A stretch of 15,096 bases of DNA. Source: a virus (taxonomy: Duplodnaviria > Heunggongvirae > Uroviricota > Caudoviricetes). The notes under the pieces were generated by a model that did not search any database, was not told the origin of the DNA, and worked only from the letters and a program-made list of their open reading frames with translations. Positions 14,650 through 15,096 of the stretch are shown here, piece by piece. The position numbers were made by a program, and so were the translations under genes. The stretch is taken from IMG/VR virus record IMGVR_UViG_3300042892_004166, positions 1 to 15,096 of that record. One strand, given 5' to 3'. Each line of letters opens with the position of its first letter. Positions within the stretch are counted from its first letter, which is position 1.

Positions 14650-15096
14650 GTGACTCAAAGCAATAAACAAATTGGATTACTAACAAGCCCATTAAATAAA
14701 ATTCAAGACGCTACCGAAGCAACTGCGGTTATTCTTAATAGAATCGCTGAAGTTGTTCTTAACGGAACGAGTAGTAAATCCGGAGAGACCACTTCAGATG
14801 AGCTTAAAAAACAAACAACAATACTTACCGATATTCGAAGCATCTTAAGAGAGCAGAATAAAGTATTAGCATCAGGCGCTGGAGCAAAAGGTGGCGCTGG
14901 AGGAGGAATGTTCTCCCCAATGTCGGCTAAAGATGTTGGATTAACAGCGCTAATGATAGTTGGAGTTGCTGGAGCAATTGTTGGAGCAGCTGCAATATTT
15001 ACATTAGTTCCAGTTATTTCAATAGGACAATTACTTACAGTACTTGCAGTTGCAGGTATTTTTGCACTTATTGCACCTACATTTGTTAAAATAGCA
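14650..15096 (+). CDS. Probable tail tape-measure protein, N-terminal 149 codons, truncated by the window and absent from the ORF track
   Basis: GTG directly after an in-frame TAG, open to the window end: MTQSNKQIGLLTSPLNKIQDATEAT...SGAGAKGGAGGGMFSPM...LMIVGVAGAIVGAAAIFTLVPVISIGQLLTVLAVAGIFALIAPTFVKIA. Helical N-terminus, Gly/Ala linker, hydrophobic helices; follows the chaperone pair. Confidence 0.7.
   Translation, partial: MTQSNKQIGLLTSPLNKIQDATEATAVILNRIAEVVLNGTSSKSGETTSDELKKQTTILTDIRSILREQNKVLASGAGAKGGAGGGMFSPMSAKDVGLTALMIVGVAGAIVGAAAIFTLVPVISIGQLLTVLAVAGIFALIAPTFVKIA

Noticed and set aside
13075-14692. Minus-strand ORFs 13075-13368 and 14483-14692
   Set aside because: Antisense to the RHH gene and to the gp51/terminator/promoter/TMP junction. 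Hydrophobicity is an artefact of AT-rich reverse reading, and the plus-strand features explain the sequence.
1-15096. Stop-codon reassignment (TAG or TGA), as seen in some jumbo and gut phages
   Set aside because: All recognisable genes are full length under code 11. TAG (1205-1207, minus) and TGA (4191-4193) behave as ordinary stops, and no conserved gene is fragmented.
1-15096. tRNA, rRNA, CRISPR array, IS element or structured ncRNA
   Set aside because: Intergenic gaps are all under about 90 nt and are explained by terminators and promoters; no cloverleaf, repeat-spacer pattern or transposase seen.

Overview
AT-rich, densely coded fragment of a large T4-like contractile-tailed phage genome (myovirus, possibly jumbo) read in the standard genetic code. 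Left part: an acidic, probably capsid-internal protein; a convergent hypothetical gene; and a replication block (gp44-like clamp loader, T4 RNase H/FEN-type 5' nuclease, an unannotated 56-aa ORF, gp62-like clamp-loader subunit, a 214-aa unknown). Right part: a late morphogenesis block with a duplicated 4-TM membrane protein, a gp14-like neck protein with extra domains, small and large terminase, tail sheath and tail tube. Next comes a terminator-flanked cassette (ribbon-helix-helix protein, gp26-like ORF, overlapping gp51-like ORF), then the start of a tape-measure-like gene missing from the ORF track. A GATATATAA motif precedes the structural genes and is the likely late promoter. The best lead is a probable programmed +1 frameshift joining the gp26-like and gp51-like ORFs, analogous to lambda G/GT, inside an apparently separately regulated cassette. 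A Bacteroidota host is a weak inference from the lack of Shine-Dalgarno sites. All family assignments come from motif recognition by eye; no database search was run.
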